Made by a program: the position numbers and the translations under genes
Assembly (NCBI GenBank): GCA_963761655.1
Contig: CAVXHI010000010.1
Location: forward strand, 137,400 to 201,399
Source of the DNA: an uncultured Actinomycetota bacterium
GTDB taxonomy: Bacteria > Actinomycetota > Actinomycetes > Mycobacteriales > SCTD01
Length of the DNA stretch: 64,000 bases
Reading direction: 5' to 3'
The notes under the pieces: generated by a model
What the model saw: the letters and a program-made list of their open reading frames with translations, nothing else
Databases searched by the model: none
Told to the model about the DNA's origin: nothing
Shown: piece by piece, positions 29,136-38,764 of the stretch
How positions within the stretch are numbered: the stretch's first letter is position 1
Layout: the number at the start of each line of letters is the position of its first letter

Positions 29136-31941
29136 GTGCTCAAGGGCGACCTCGCCGTGACGCCGCTCGCCGACGCCCTCGTCCAGCTCTCCGGCGGCGC
29201 CGCGACCGGCTGCCTGCGCGTGCTCGACCCCGTGGGCGAGGAGGCCAAGGTCTACCTGCGCGGCGGGTCGGTCTACGCCGTCCTCGTGCCCGGACGCCGC
29301 CCGCAGCTCGGCTCCCGCCTGGTCAGCTCCGGCACGCTCGCCCCCGAGGCGCTCGCCGAGGCCCTCGAGGCCCAGCGCACCGAGCTCCAGGGCTGGCGCC
29401 TCGGCGAGCTGCTCGTGCACCTCGGCTACGTCGACCAGGAGGTCGTGGAGGCCTTCGTCCACGAGCAGGTCCTCGCCGCCACCTGCGACCTCGTCTCCTG
29501 GACCTCCGGCACCTGGCGCTTCCGCCCCAACGAGCGCACCCGCGAGGACGTCGCGCCGCCCGTCGACGTCCCGACCCTGATGGCCGCCGTCGCGCACCGC
29601 ACCGCGTCCTGGACCTCGATCGTCGCCGTCGTCGACGGTCCCGACGCCGTCCCCGTGCTGTCCGCCTCCGGCGGAGCCTCCTCCGAGACCGTCGTCGGTC
29701 CGGACGCGTGGTCGCTGCTGTGCAAGGTCGACGGCGTCCGCACCGTGGCCGAGCTCTCCCGCGACTGCGGCTTCACGCTGTACGAGGCCGGCCAGACCGT
29801 CCACGAGCTGGTCGACGCCGGGCTCGTGGAGATGTCCGACCCCTCCTCCGCGGTGGAGGAGCCCGCCCCCGCCTTCCTGCCCGGTGACCTCGCCTCCCGG
29901 CTGACGGCCGCCTTCGCGCCCTCCACCCCCGACGTCGCGCCCTCCGCCCCCGCCGAGCCCGTCGACGTCGCCGCCCTGATCTCCTCCGCTCTCCGCGAGC
30001 CCCCGGCCGACCCGCTCGACCAGGTGTCGGCCGCCCTGTCGGCCCTGCTCGGCCCGGGGCCGTCCGGCGAGGACGCCTTCGTCGTCCCCGCCCGCCGGAC
30101 GCCGGTCAAGACGCCCGAGCAGCTCGCCGCCGAGCAGGCCCGGGCGGAGAAGACCGAGCGCGACCGGCTGCGCCGGTCCCGCGACGCCGCCGAGCTCGCG
30201 GCCGCCCAGGCGGACCTCGAGGCCGGCCGGCTCGCGCAGCAGCAGGAGGCCGAGGCTGCGCTGGACGCGGACCACGTCGCGGAGGTCGTGGACCTGCAGG
30301 CGGCGCGCGAGGCGGCCCGGGTGGCGGCTGCCGAAGCGGAGCGGGTCGAGGCGGAGCGCGTCGAGGCGGAGCGGGTCGAGGCGGAGCGGGTCGAGGCTGA
30401 GCAGGCCGCGGCCGAGGAGCAGGCCCGGCTCGAGGCGGAGCGAGTCGCCGCGGAGCAGGCCGCCGCCGAGGAGCAGGCACGGGTCGAGGCTGAGCGCGTC
30501 GAGGCTGAGCGCGTCGAGGCTGAGCGCGTCGAGGCGGAGCGGAACGCGGCCGAGGAGCAGGCCCGGCTCGAATCCGAGCAGGCACGGGCCGAGGCGGAGC
30601 GAGTCGCGGCCGAGCAGACCGCCGCCGAGGAGCAGGCACGGGCCGAGGCCGAGCAGGCCGCCGCCGAGGAGCAGGCACGCCTCGAGGCCGAGCAGGCCGC
30701 AGCCGAGGAGCAGGCACGCCTCCAGGCCGAGCAGGCAGCCGCCGAGGAGCAGGCACGCCTCCAGGCCGAGCAGGCCGCCGTCGAGGAGCAGGCACGCCTC
30801 CAGGCCGAGCAGGCCGCAGCCGAGGAGCAGGCACGCCTCCAGGCCGAGCAGGCCGCAGCCGAGCAGGCACGGGCCGAGGCTGAGCGAGTCGCGGCCGAGC
30901 AGGCCGCGGCCGAGCAGGCGCGTCTCGAGGCCGAACGAGTCGCGGCCGAGCGAGCGGCGGCCGAGCAGGCCCTGGCGCAGGAGCAGGCGCGGCTCGAGGC
31001 CGAGCGGGCCGCGGCGGAGCAGGCGCGGGCGGAGGCCGAGCGGATCTCCGCGGAGCGGGTCGCCGCAGAGCAGGCCGCTGCCGAGGAGCAGGCACGGCTC
31101 GAGGCCGAGAGGGCAGCGGCGGAGCAGGCGGCGGCGGAGCGCGCCCGGCTCGAGGCGGAGAGGGTCGAGCAGGCCCGCGCGGCCGAGGCCCTGCGGGTCG
31201 CCATCGAAGCGGAGCGCCAGCGCGAGGCGGAGCGGCTCGCCGAGGAGCAGGCCCGCCACGAGGCCGAGCAGCAGCGCCTCCAGGCCGACGCCGCCCAGCG
31301 CCAGGCCGAGGAGCAGGCCCGCGCCCAGGCCCAGGCCGCCGCGGACGAGCAGGCCCGTCTCCAGGGCCGAGGAGCAGGCCCGCGCTCAGGCCCAGGCCGC
31401 CGCGGACGAGCAGGCCCGCCTCCAGGCCGAGGAGCAGGCCCGCGCTCAGGCCCAGGCTGCGGCCGAGCAGATCGAAGCCCAGCGCCTCGCCGAGGCCCGT
31501 GCGGAGGCGCAGGCTCTCGCCGACGAGGCAGAGGCGCGTGCCCGCGCGGAGGAGCAGCAGCGCCTGGCCCAGCAGCAGGCCGACGAGCTGGCCGCCTCCA
31601 CCCAGCCGGTCGGCCCGCCCGTCGACCACGAGCAGGCCTTCGCCGCCTTCGCCGAGCTCCGCGCCGCCGCCGACAGCGCCCCCGAGGTGCAGGCGGACGA
31701 GACGCCGGAAGCCGACCAGGTCGAGCCCGCGGTCGAGGACGAGCCCTGGCAGCAGCCCTGGGGCGCGGAGGAGACCGACACCGCCTCGCTGCTCCGCGAG
31801 CTCTCGTCGCTGGGCCTCGACGACGACGCCCCGCCGCCCCCGCCGGTCCGCCCGCCCTCCCAGGCACCGACCCGCCCGACCTCGTCGGCGGCCACGGCAG
31901 CGGCGGGCAAGAAGCGCAAGGGCCTCTTCAGCCGCAGCTGA
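29136..31941 (+). CDS. DUF4388/PatA_N-like protein with long E/A/Q/R coiled-coil stalk (frameshift near 31365)
   Basis: LKGDLAVTPLADALVQL...TGCLRV...LGSRLV...LGELLVHLG...WTSGTWRF; repeats AEQAAAEEQARL; tail DTASLLRELSSLG...KKRKGLFSRS. Confidence 0.75.
30330..31460 (+). repeat. Intragenic tandem repeats (15-nt EAERV, 39-nt AEQAAAEEQARLQ and 60-nt units)
   Basis: GAGGC(G/T)GAGCG(C/G)GTC arrays and GCCGAGCAGGCCGC(C/A)GCCGAGGAGCAGGCACGCCTCCAG arrays. Confidence 0.85.
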
Positions 31942-32093
31942 GCGGCAGGCGCGCCGGGTCGTCAGACCGGGTGCAGCCGGACCTCGTGAGCTGGTGAAGG
32001 CAGAGCGCCCTCGGCGGCCGGCGCCACGGAGGAGGACAGCCTGCGGGTCACCTCGGAGTCGAAGCGACAACGCAGTGCGGTCTCGCGCGCCCG

Positions 32094-33017
32094 TCAGAAG
32101 CGGAGCAGTCCGGCTCTCGCCGCTGCCGCAGCTCTCGCCGGCGACACCGGGGCGTCGTCGGCCGGTGCCGGGTCGACTGCGGCCGCGACGCCTCCGGCGA
32201 CCAGCTCGGCGTCGTCGGGGACCTGCCGCTTGACCAGCGCGAGCGCCACGGGCCCGAGCTCGTGGTGCCGCGCCGCCGTCCCGACGAACCCGACCTCGCG
32301 CTCGCCCATCAGCACGGGAGCACCGTGCGGGGGGAGCTCGCTGTCGCTGCCGTCCAGGTGCAGCAGCACGAGCCGGCGGGGCGGCCGCCCGAGGTTGTGC
32401 ACGCGGGCGACCGTCTCCTGCCCGCGGTAGCAGCCCTTGTCCAGGTGCACCGCCCCCGACAGCCAGCCGACCTCGTGGGGCAGCGTCCGGTGGTCGGTGT
32501 CGAGCCCGAGACGGGGACGCCGGGCGGCGACCCGCAGGGCCTCCCAGGCCAGGACCCCGGCGACCGGCCCCTCCCACGCCTCGAGGTCCTCGGGGGCGAG
32601 GAGCCCGCGCGACGTCCACACCCGCTCAGGGGAGAGCTGCACCGTCACGCGGAGCATGAACTGCATCCTCTGCAGGAACGCGACCAGCGCGGGGCCGGTG
32701 CCGGGCTCGACCACGACCCAGGTCGTCTCGCCGTCGTCCTGCAGCACGAGGTGGTGCTCGACGTGGCCCTGCGGTGAGAGCACCAGGCCCTCGACGGGCT
32801 CGGGCCCCAGGCCCAGCACGTGCTGGGACAGCAGGGAGTGCAGCCAGGTCAGCCGGTCCGGCCCGTCGACGCGGACGACGTCGTGGTGGGACAGGTCCAC
32901 CAGCGCCTCCCCCGCCTCCAGCAGCCGCTGCTCCCGGTAGGGGTCGCCGTAGTGCCCGGCGACGCCGGCGTCGGGCGGGTCAGCGGGGACGGCACCGGGA
33001 CGCGACAGGAGGCTCAC
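32094..33017 (-). CDS. ygfZ: Folate-binding YgfZ/GcvT-family protein
   Basis: HYGDPYREQR, signature KGCYRGQE. Confidence 0.93.
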   Translation of the reverse strand: MSLLSRPGAVPADPPDAGVAGHYGDPYREQRLLEAGEALVDLSHHDVVRVDGPDRLTWLHSLLSQHVLGLGPEPVEGLVLSPQGHVEHHLVLQDDGETTWVVVEPGTGPALVAFLQRMQFMLRVTVQLSPERVWTSRGLLAPEDLEAWEGPVAGVLAWEALRVAARRPRLGLDTDHRTLPHEVGWLSGAVHLDKGCYRGQETVARVHNLGRPPRRLVLLHLDGSDSELPPHGAPVLMGEREVGFVGTAARHHELGPVALALVKRQVPDDAELVAGGVAAAVDPAPADDAPVSPARAAAAARAGLLRF

Positions 33018-33033
33018 GACCCGCCCAACGCGG

Positions 33034-33063
33034 CGCGGCCCCCCGGCATGCCGGGAGGCCGCG
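33034..33063 (-). terminator. Stem-loop downstream of the three-gene surface protein cassette
   Basis: CGCGGCCCCCCGG-CATG-CCGGGAGGCCGCG. Confidence 0.6.
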
Positions 33064-33076
33064 TCGACGAGCAGGA

Positions 33077-34138
33077 CTAGCGGATCCGGACGCGCACCTT
33101 GGGGCTCGTGCCGGCGGCGTTGTCGTTGTCGACCCCGGTGCCGGTGAACAGGTCGTAGGTGGCGTTGCTGCCGAAGGTCCGGGTCACGTTGTAGGTGCCC
33201 GTGGAGCTGACCCGGGCGCGGCTCGCGATGACGCGCTTGCCGCCCGGCGGCTGGTAGAAGACCGTGACCAGCTGGCCCTTGCGCTTGGGCAGCGTGCTGC
33301 CGGTGAAGCGGTAGGTGCGGGTGCCGGTCCGGGTGACCTTGAGGTTGAGGTCGGTGCGGACGGTGAGGACGGTCGTCTCGCTCATGACGCCGCCGCTGAG
33401 CACGTAGAGGCGGGTGTTGCCGCTCGGGCCGACCTCGAAGCTGAAGTCGCCGTTCTCGTCGGCCTCACCGCTGCGCACCAGGACGTAGTCGGTGCTGGGG
33501 CGGCTGTAGGCGTAGAGCTCGACGGCGGCGCCGGGCTGGGCCGTCCCGGTGACCAGCGACTTCTGCTTCGCGGTGATGGTCGCGGGCGTGACGTCGACGG
33601 TCGGGGTGGCCGCCTGGGCGGGGCCGCTCGGGCTGGGCGTCGTGCTCGCCGTCGGGGTGGCCGAGGCGCTGCCGCCGCCGCCCGGGACGACGCAGGGGAC
33701 GCCCGGCACGGGGATCGGGCAGGCCGCGGGGCTGGTGGTGGGGCTGGCGCTGCCGGACGGCTGCGGCGTCGTCGTGGCACTGGGCGAGGCGCTCGCTCCA
33801 CCACCACCGCCGGGCGGGGCGAGGCAGGTGCCGTCGACGGGGACCTCCAGCCCCGGGCACGCGGTGGCCGAGGGACTCGCGGACGGGCTCGTCGTCGGGC
33901 TGCCGGTGGCGCCCGTGCTCGGGGTCGTCGTCGGCGAGGCGCTCGCCCCGCCACCGCCGGGCGGTGCCAGACAGGTGCCCGCGACCGGGACCTCGACGCC
34001 CGCGCACGGCGTCGCCTCGGCCACGGGCAGACCGGGGACGAGGGCCGACGTGCCGGCCGAGGCGCTGAGGGTGGTCCCGGCGACGGTGGCAGCGACGACT
34101 GCTCCGACCAGGCCGATCACGAGGCGAGGACGACGCAC
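33077..34138 (-). CDS. Secreted protein, paralog 3 (Cys-loop repeats, PTS linkers, shared C-terminal domain)
   Basis: GGAG RBS + GTG; signal peptide VRRPRLVIGLVGAVVAA; AYSRPST...GPSGNTRLY...YRFTGSTLPKRKGQLVTVFY. Confidence 0.8.
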   Translation of the reverse strand: MRRPRLVIGLVGAVVAATVAGTTLSASAGTSALVPGLPVAEATPCAGVEVPVAGTCLAPPGGGGASASPTTTPSTGATGSPTTSPSASPSATACPGLEVPVDGTCLAPPGGGGGASASPSATTTPQPSGSASPTTSPAACPIPVPGVPCVVPGGGGSASATPTASTTPSPSGPAQAATPTVDVTPATITAKQKSLVTGTAQPGAAVELYAYSRPSTDYVLVRSGEADENGDFSFEVGPSGNTRLYVLSGGVMSETTVLTVRTDLNLKVTRTGTRTYRFTGSTLPKRKGQLVTVFYQPPGGKRVIASRARVSSTGTYNVTRTFGSNATYDLFTGTGVDNDNAAGTSPKVRVRIR

Positions 34139-34175
34139 GGGCTTCTCCAGGGGTTCGGGGTGGGCTGAGTGTGGC

Positions 34176-36155
34176 TCAGCCGAGGACGGCACGGAGCCGG
34201 TTGCTCTCGTTGCCGGCGTTGTTGATGTCGGTGCCCGTGGCGGTGAACAGGGTGACGGTGCCGCCGCCGGAGAACCTCCGGGTGACGTCGTAGGTCCCCT
34301 TGGCCGACACCCGGGCACGGGCGGCGATCACCCGGCTGCCGCTCCCGGACGAGTAGAAGACGGTCACGAGCTGGCCCGACCGCTTGGGGAGCGTGCTGCC
34401 CGTGAAGCGGTAGGTGCGGACCCCTGTCCGGACGACCTTGAGGTTGATCGACGTCCGTACCGTCAGGACGACGCTCTCGCTGTCCTGCCGGCCGCTGCCG
34501 TCGACGCGCGTGGTGCGGACGAACAGGCGGGTGTTGCCGCTCGGCCCGACCTGGAAGCCGATCGTCCCGTCCTGGGTCGCCACCCCCCGCCGCACCACGA
34601 CGTACCGGGTGCTGGGCCGGCTGTACGCGTGGAGCTCGACGATCGCTCCGGGGAACGTCGTCGCCCGGACGCCGACCCCCTCCTGCGAGGTGATCGTGCT
34701 CCGCTCCAGCGTCACGACCGGCCGGACCGTGGCGGTCGCGGTGCTGGGCGGCGGGGACGGCGCCGCCGCGACGGTGTGCGTCGAGGAGTCCGAGCAGGTC
34801 CCGGCGGGCGTACCGGAGGTCGCTCCGGTACCCGCGCCCCGGGCCTGCGTGCACTGCGTCCTGGACGGCTCGTCGAGCGCGACCTTGACGATCTGCGTCC
34901 CGGCCTCGCCGGCCGTGGTCAGCACCGTCGCGGTCGCGACGCCGGTGTCGTCGGTGACGAGCGCGGTCGCGGCGAGCTGTCCGGGCCCGACCTCCGTCGC
35001 GGTGAGGGCGGCCCGGCGCACCGCTGCCCCGGTCGCGGCGGTGACCGTGGCGCGGAAGCTGCGGGTCTGGCCGGACACGGTCGTCGCGGCCGACGGCGTC
35101 AGCTCGACGAAGCGGGCGAGCGAGGCGTCGACCGGGGCCAGCGTCGTCGTGCGGGTGATCTCGTCCTGCGGCTCGGAGGGGTCCGGGCCGACGGTCCCGC
35201 CCGCCTGCTGCACCCAGACCTGCAGCGTGTCCGTCCCGGTCCTGGTACCGCCGAACGTGCAGGTGGCGACCCCGGCGTTGCTGCTCTCCCCGCACCCGGA
35301 CCGCACCTGGTCGGCCGGCGCGGCGTTCGGCCCGCTCCCCACGCGGAGCAGGGGCGTCACCCCGGCGACGACGTCGCCCGAGCCGTTGCGCAGCGTCACG
35401 GGGATCGTGGTCGTCGCGCCCTGCTGGGCGGAGGCGGCCTCGGGCTCGGCGTCCAGGCTCCGGACGGCCTCGACCGCGGCGTCGGAGCCGGGGAGGCCGC
35501 CGTTCGAGAAGGTGGCCCGCCCCTCGGTGAGCAGCTCGCCGGTGTCGGCCGTGCCGTTGCTGTTGCGGTCCAGGAAGGCCTCGACCCGGGCGCCCCCAGC
35601 GGTCAGCCCGGCGACCCCGATGCGCACCACGCCGCCCGAGTAGCCGTACTGGGCGACGTCGACCCCGGTGGGGTTGTTGCTGTTCGGCGTCTGGCTGGGG
35701 GCGGCCCCGGCAGCGTCGGCGGCGACGTCGGGGTTGCCGCCCGACGCCGGGCGGGCCGGGTTCGGGGTGACGCTCGGGCCGGGCGCGTAGGACTGCGTGC
35801 TCCCCGGCGTGGCCAGCGGCCCGACGGCGGTCCCGGCGTTGGTGTACGTCGCTCCCGAGGCCGGCGGGGTGGTCTCGGGGGTCGTGCAGAAGTCGACGTC
35901 CTGGCTCGGGCCCTCGGGCAGCTCGGTCAGGCGCACGGTCGCCGTCGCGGCGTCGGTGGCCTGCACGCCCCGGGCGTCGACGGGCTGCAGGGTGACGACC
36001 AGGCAGGTGCCGGCCGCGCCCGCGACGGACGACAGTCGCAGCGCCGTCGTCGCGTCGGCCTGCGCCGGGCCGGCCAGGAGGGCGACACCGGCGACGACGG
36101 TGGCAGCCGCGGTCGAGAGCGAGACGGCCAGCCGGCCGGAGGACGAGCGGGTCAT
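34176..36155 (-). CDS. Secreted protein, paralog 2 (Ig-like domains, DxNxNG Ca-loop, shared C-terminal domain)
   Basis: GAGGAG RBS; signal peptide ending AQA; DRNSNGTADTGE; AYSRPST...GPSGNTRLF...YRFTGSTLPKRSGQLVTVFY. Confidence 0.82.
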   Translation of the reverse strand: MTRSSSGRLAVSLSTAAATVVAGVALLAGPAQADATTALRLSSVAGAAGTCLVVTLQPVDARGVQATDAATATVRLTELPEGPSQDVDFCTTPETTPPASGATYTNAGTAVGPLATPGSTQSYAPGPSVTPNPARPASGGNPDVAADAAGAAPSQTPNSNNPTGVDVAQYGYSGGVVRIGVAGLTAGGARVEAFLDRNSNGTADTGELLTEGRATFSNGGLPGSDAAVEAVRSLDAEPEAASAQQGATTTIPVTLRNGSGDVVAGVTPLLRVGSGPNAAPADQVRSGCGESSNAGVATCTFGGTRTGTDTLQVWVQQAGGTVGPDPSEPQDEITRTTTLAPVDASLARFVELTPSAATTVSGQTRSFRATVTAATGAAVRRAALTATEVGPGQLAATALVTDDTGVATATVLTTAGEAGTQIVKVALDEPSRTQCTQARGAGTGATSGTPAGTCSDSSTHTVAAAPSPPPSTATATVRPVVTLERSTITSQEGVGVRATTFPGAIVELHAYSRPSTRYVVVRRGVATQDGTIGFQVGPSGNTRLFVRTTRVDGSGRQDSESVVLTVRTSINLKVVRTGVRTYRFTGSTLPKRSGQLVTVFYSSGSGSRVIAARARVSAKGTYDVTRRFSGGGTVTLFTATGTDINNAGNESNRLRAVLG

Positions 36156-36189
36156 GCGGCTCCTCGGGGGCCGGGACGGGCCGTGGCCT

Positions 36190-36216
36190 GCGCCCGGGGC
36201 GGGAGGCCCCGGGCGC
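36190..36216 (-). terminator. Intra-operon hairpin after the first cassette gene
   Basis: GCGCCCGGGGC-GGGAG-GCCCCGGGCGC 11-bp perfect stem. Confidence 0.6.
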
Positions 36217-36226
36217 GTGGCGCGGA

Positions 36227-38209
36227 CTAGCGGATCGTCGTCCGGACGCGGTTGCTGTTGTTGGCCTCGTTGTCGTTGTCCCGGCCGGTGCCGGTGAACA
36301 GGACGAACGTGCCCGTGCCGCCGAAGGTGCGCGTCACGTTGTAGGTGCCCTGCTCGGTGACCCGCGCCCGGCTGGCGATCGTCCTCGCCCCGCTGCTGTT
36401 CTCGTAGAACACGGTGACGAGCTGGCCCCGGCGCTTGGGCAGCGTGCTGCCGGTGAAGCGGTAGGTGCGGGTGCCGGTGCGGACGACCTTGAGGTTGATC
36501 GACGTCCGGACCGACAGGACCACCGTCTCGGGGTTCCTGACCGTGACGCCGCCGCGCGTGCTCTGGGCGTACAGGCGGGTGTTGCCGCTCGGCCCGACCT
36601 CGAAGGCGTAGGTGCCGTCGCTGTCGATGACGCCGGTGCGCACGCTCTTGTACTGCGTGTTCGGCCGGCTGTACGCGAAGATCTCGATCGTGCTGCCCGG
36701 CGTGCCGGTGCCGCTGACGACCGACTTCTGCGAGGCCGTGATGGTCGACGGGGACACCGTCACCGTGGGGGTCGCCGGCCGCGTGTCCACCGTCTGCGTG
36801 GCCGACGGCGTGGGCGACGGCGCTGCGGGGGTCACGGTGTAGCAGTTCGTGCAGACCGGGGAGGCGACGCCGTCGGTGCGCGTGGCGGTGACGTTCCGGT
36901 CACCGACAGCCGTGCCCGGGGCGACCGAGAAGGTGGCCTTGAGCTGGGTGTCGCTGAGCAGCTGGACGGCCGTGGTGGTGACCCCGGCGCCGCTGACGTC
37001 GACCCGGGTGCCCTTGGCGAACCCGGTGCCGGTGACGACGAAGCTCTTGGTGGAGCCGACGGCCTGGCTCTTGTCGGTGCCGGCGGTCGCGGTGTCGCTG
37101 TCCAGCGAGGTCACCGTGGTGACCCGGCTCGGGGCCTGGTCGACGGTGAAGGTGCAGCCGCAGGAGTTCGAGCTGCCGTCGGTGTTGCGCACGACCGGCA
37201 GGTAGCGAGCCGGCGCGGCGTTGCGGAGGTCGAAGTCGGCCGTGTACGTGGTGGCGGTCGGCGTCGAGACCAGCGTGCCGCGGATCGTCAGGGCCTCGCG
37301 GGTGCTGGACCCCGGCTCGGCCGTGTACTGCAGGAACGGCGTGCCGGTCTGGCTGAGCCCGGAGCCGGTGAAGACCACGCGGGTCAGGGCCGGCCTGACG
37401 GCGGGGTCGTTGTTGCCGCCGGGCGGGTTCGTGCTGGTCAGCGGGGCGCCGTCGACGAAGAAGCCGCGCGACAGGGTCGTGGTCTTGCCGTTGAGGTTGG
37501 TGACGCGGACGTCGCGGGCGCCGGTGGCCGTGCCGGGAGCGACGGCGACGCGGCGCTTGAGCGCGGTCTTCGTCGTGATGCCCTCGGCGCTCTCGTCGAC
37601 GTCGACCGTCGCGTTGTCGTCCGCGGGGGCCGTCACGGTGATGCCGCGGTCGACGGTGCTGGTGCCCGGCACGAGGAACTCGACCGTCGTGCCGCGCTCG
37701 AAGAAGTCTCCGGAGAGGGTGACGGGGGTGGCGCCCGAGCCCGTCTGCACGCCGTTCGGCGACAGGGCGGTCAGGACGAGGCTCGGGTCCGCCTGGACCA
37801 CGAAGCAGGACGGGCAGTCGACGGTCTGCATGAAGGCGTTCGTCGTCGTCACGGCGTAGGTGCCGGCGTCGATCGGGCCGTCGAGACCGAGGCCGTCGCC
37901 GGCGTCGCGGAAGTCGACGGTGGAGGTGCCGGTGGTGGTCGACCCGCTCGGCATCCCGGGCGTGATGGTCGCCGTGAAGGTGGACGACGGCTGGCCGACC
38001 CGCGTGAACGTCGCCGTCCGGCCGGGGGTGAACGGCGTCCCGTTGGCGTTCGGCGCGAACATGAACGTCAGCGCCTTGCTCTCGGTGTTGAAGGCGCTGT
38101 TCGGGTTGACCGTCAGACCGGCGGCCGAGGCCGAGGTGGCGAGGAGCACGCCGGCACCGACGGCGGCTGCCGTCAGGCCGGCGAGCAGGGGCAGAGAGCG
38201 CAGCTTCAC
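36227..38209 (-). CDS. Secreted protein, paralog 1 (IPT/TIG-like Ig repeats, shared C-terminal domain)
   Basis: AGGAG RBS; signal peptide ending ASA; VTLSGDFF and VVTGTGF Ig-type strands; DCPSCF, SCGCTF, VCTNCY; AYSRPNT...GPSGNTRLY...YRFTGSTLPKRRGQLVTVFY. Confidence 0.82.
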   Translation of the reverse strand: MKLRSLPLLAGLTAAAVGAGVLLATSASAAGLTVNPNSAFNTESKALTFMFAPNANGTPFTPGRTATFTRVGQPSSTFTATITPGMPSGSTTTGTSTVDFRDAGDGLGLDGPIDAGTYAVTTTNAFMQTVDCPSCFVVQADPSLVLTALSPNGVQTGSGATPVTLSGDFFERGTTVEFLVPGTSTVDRGITVTAPADDNATVDVDESAEGITTKTALKRRVAVAPGTATGARDVRVTNLNGKTTTLSRGFFVDGAPLTSTNPPGGNNDPAVRPALTRVVFTGSGLSQTGTPFLQYTAEPGSSTREALTIRGTLVSTPTATTYTADFDLRNAAPARYLPVVRNTDGSSNSCGCTFTVDQAPSRVTTVTSLDSDTATAGTDKSQAVGSTKSFVVTGTGFAKGTRVDVSGAGVTTTAVQLLSDTQLKATFSVAPGTAVGDRNVTATRTDGVASPVCTNCYTVTPAAPSPTPSATQTVDTRPATPTVTVSPSTITASQKSVVSGTGTPGSTIEIFAYSRPNTQYKSVRTGVIDSDGTYAFEVGPSGNTRLYAQSTRGGVTVRNPETVVLSVRTSINLKVVRTGTRTYRFTGSTLPKRRGQLVTVFYENSSGARTIASRARVTEQGTYNVTRTFGGTGTFVLFTGTGRDNDNEANNSNRVRTTIR

Positions 38210-38302
38210 GGGACTCCTGTTCGAGGGCGCGGCCCGGACAGGGGTCGCTCACTGACTACGACGCTCCGACGCCGCCGCGGTCGCCTGACCGTGAGCCGGA
38301 CG

Positions 38303-38746
38303 CTATCCGACAGGTCCGACACAAGCCCGACAACGGCCGAAGACGGTCAGGTGCCCGAGGTCGACGACGAACCCGCGCCGACGCTCCAGCTCCTCCGCGA
38401 TCCCGACGACGGCGGACCGCTCGACCTCCTCCACCCCGCCGCAGTCGCGGCACACCAGGTGCAGGTGGTCGTCCTCGGCCGCGACCGACCAGGTGGGGCT
38501 GCCGTGCCCGAGGTGCGCGTGCTGGACGAGCCCGAGCTCCTCGAGCAGCTCCAGGGTCCGGTAGACGGTGGAGATGTTGACGCCGGCCGCCTTCTCGCGG
38601 ACCGCCGTGGCGATCTCCTCCGGCGTGGCGTGCCCGAGCGTGCCGACCGCCTCGAGGACGAGCTGCCGCTGCGGTGTCAGCCGGTACCCGCGCGCACGCA
38701 GCTCGGCCTGCCAGTCGTGCCCCACTGCCGGCACGGTGCGACCCAT
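38303..38746 (-). CDS. nur: Fur-family regulator, Nur-like
   Basis: DWQAELRARGYRLTPQRQLVLEAV...HATP...NISTVYRTLELLEELGLVQHAHLGHG closely resembles Streptomyces Nur; HLVCRDC, GRCRAC. Confidence 0.8.
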   Translation of the reverse strand: MGRTVPAVGHDWQAELRARGYRLTPQRQLVLEAVGTLGHATPEEIATAVREKAAGVNISTVYRTLELLEELGLVQHAHLGHGSPTWSVAAEDDHLHLVCRDCGGVEEVERSAVVGIAEELERRRGFVVDLGHLTVFGRCRACVGPVG

Positions 38747-38764
38747 GGGGGCAAGACTAGGTCC

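Noticed and set aside
30330-31460. Regular repeat array as CRISPR or non-coding array
   Set aside because: Unit lengths are multiples of 3, the array lies in frame within a CDS and has no unique spacers; no cas genes
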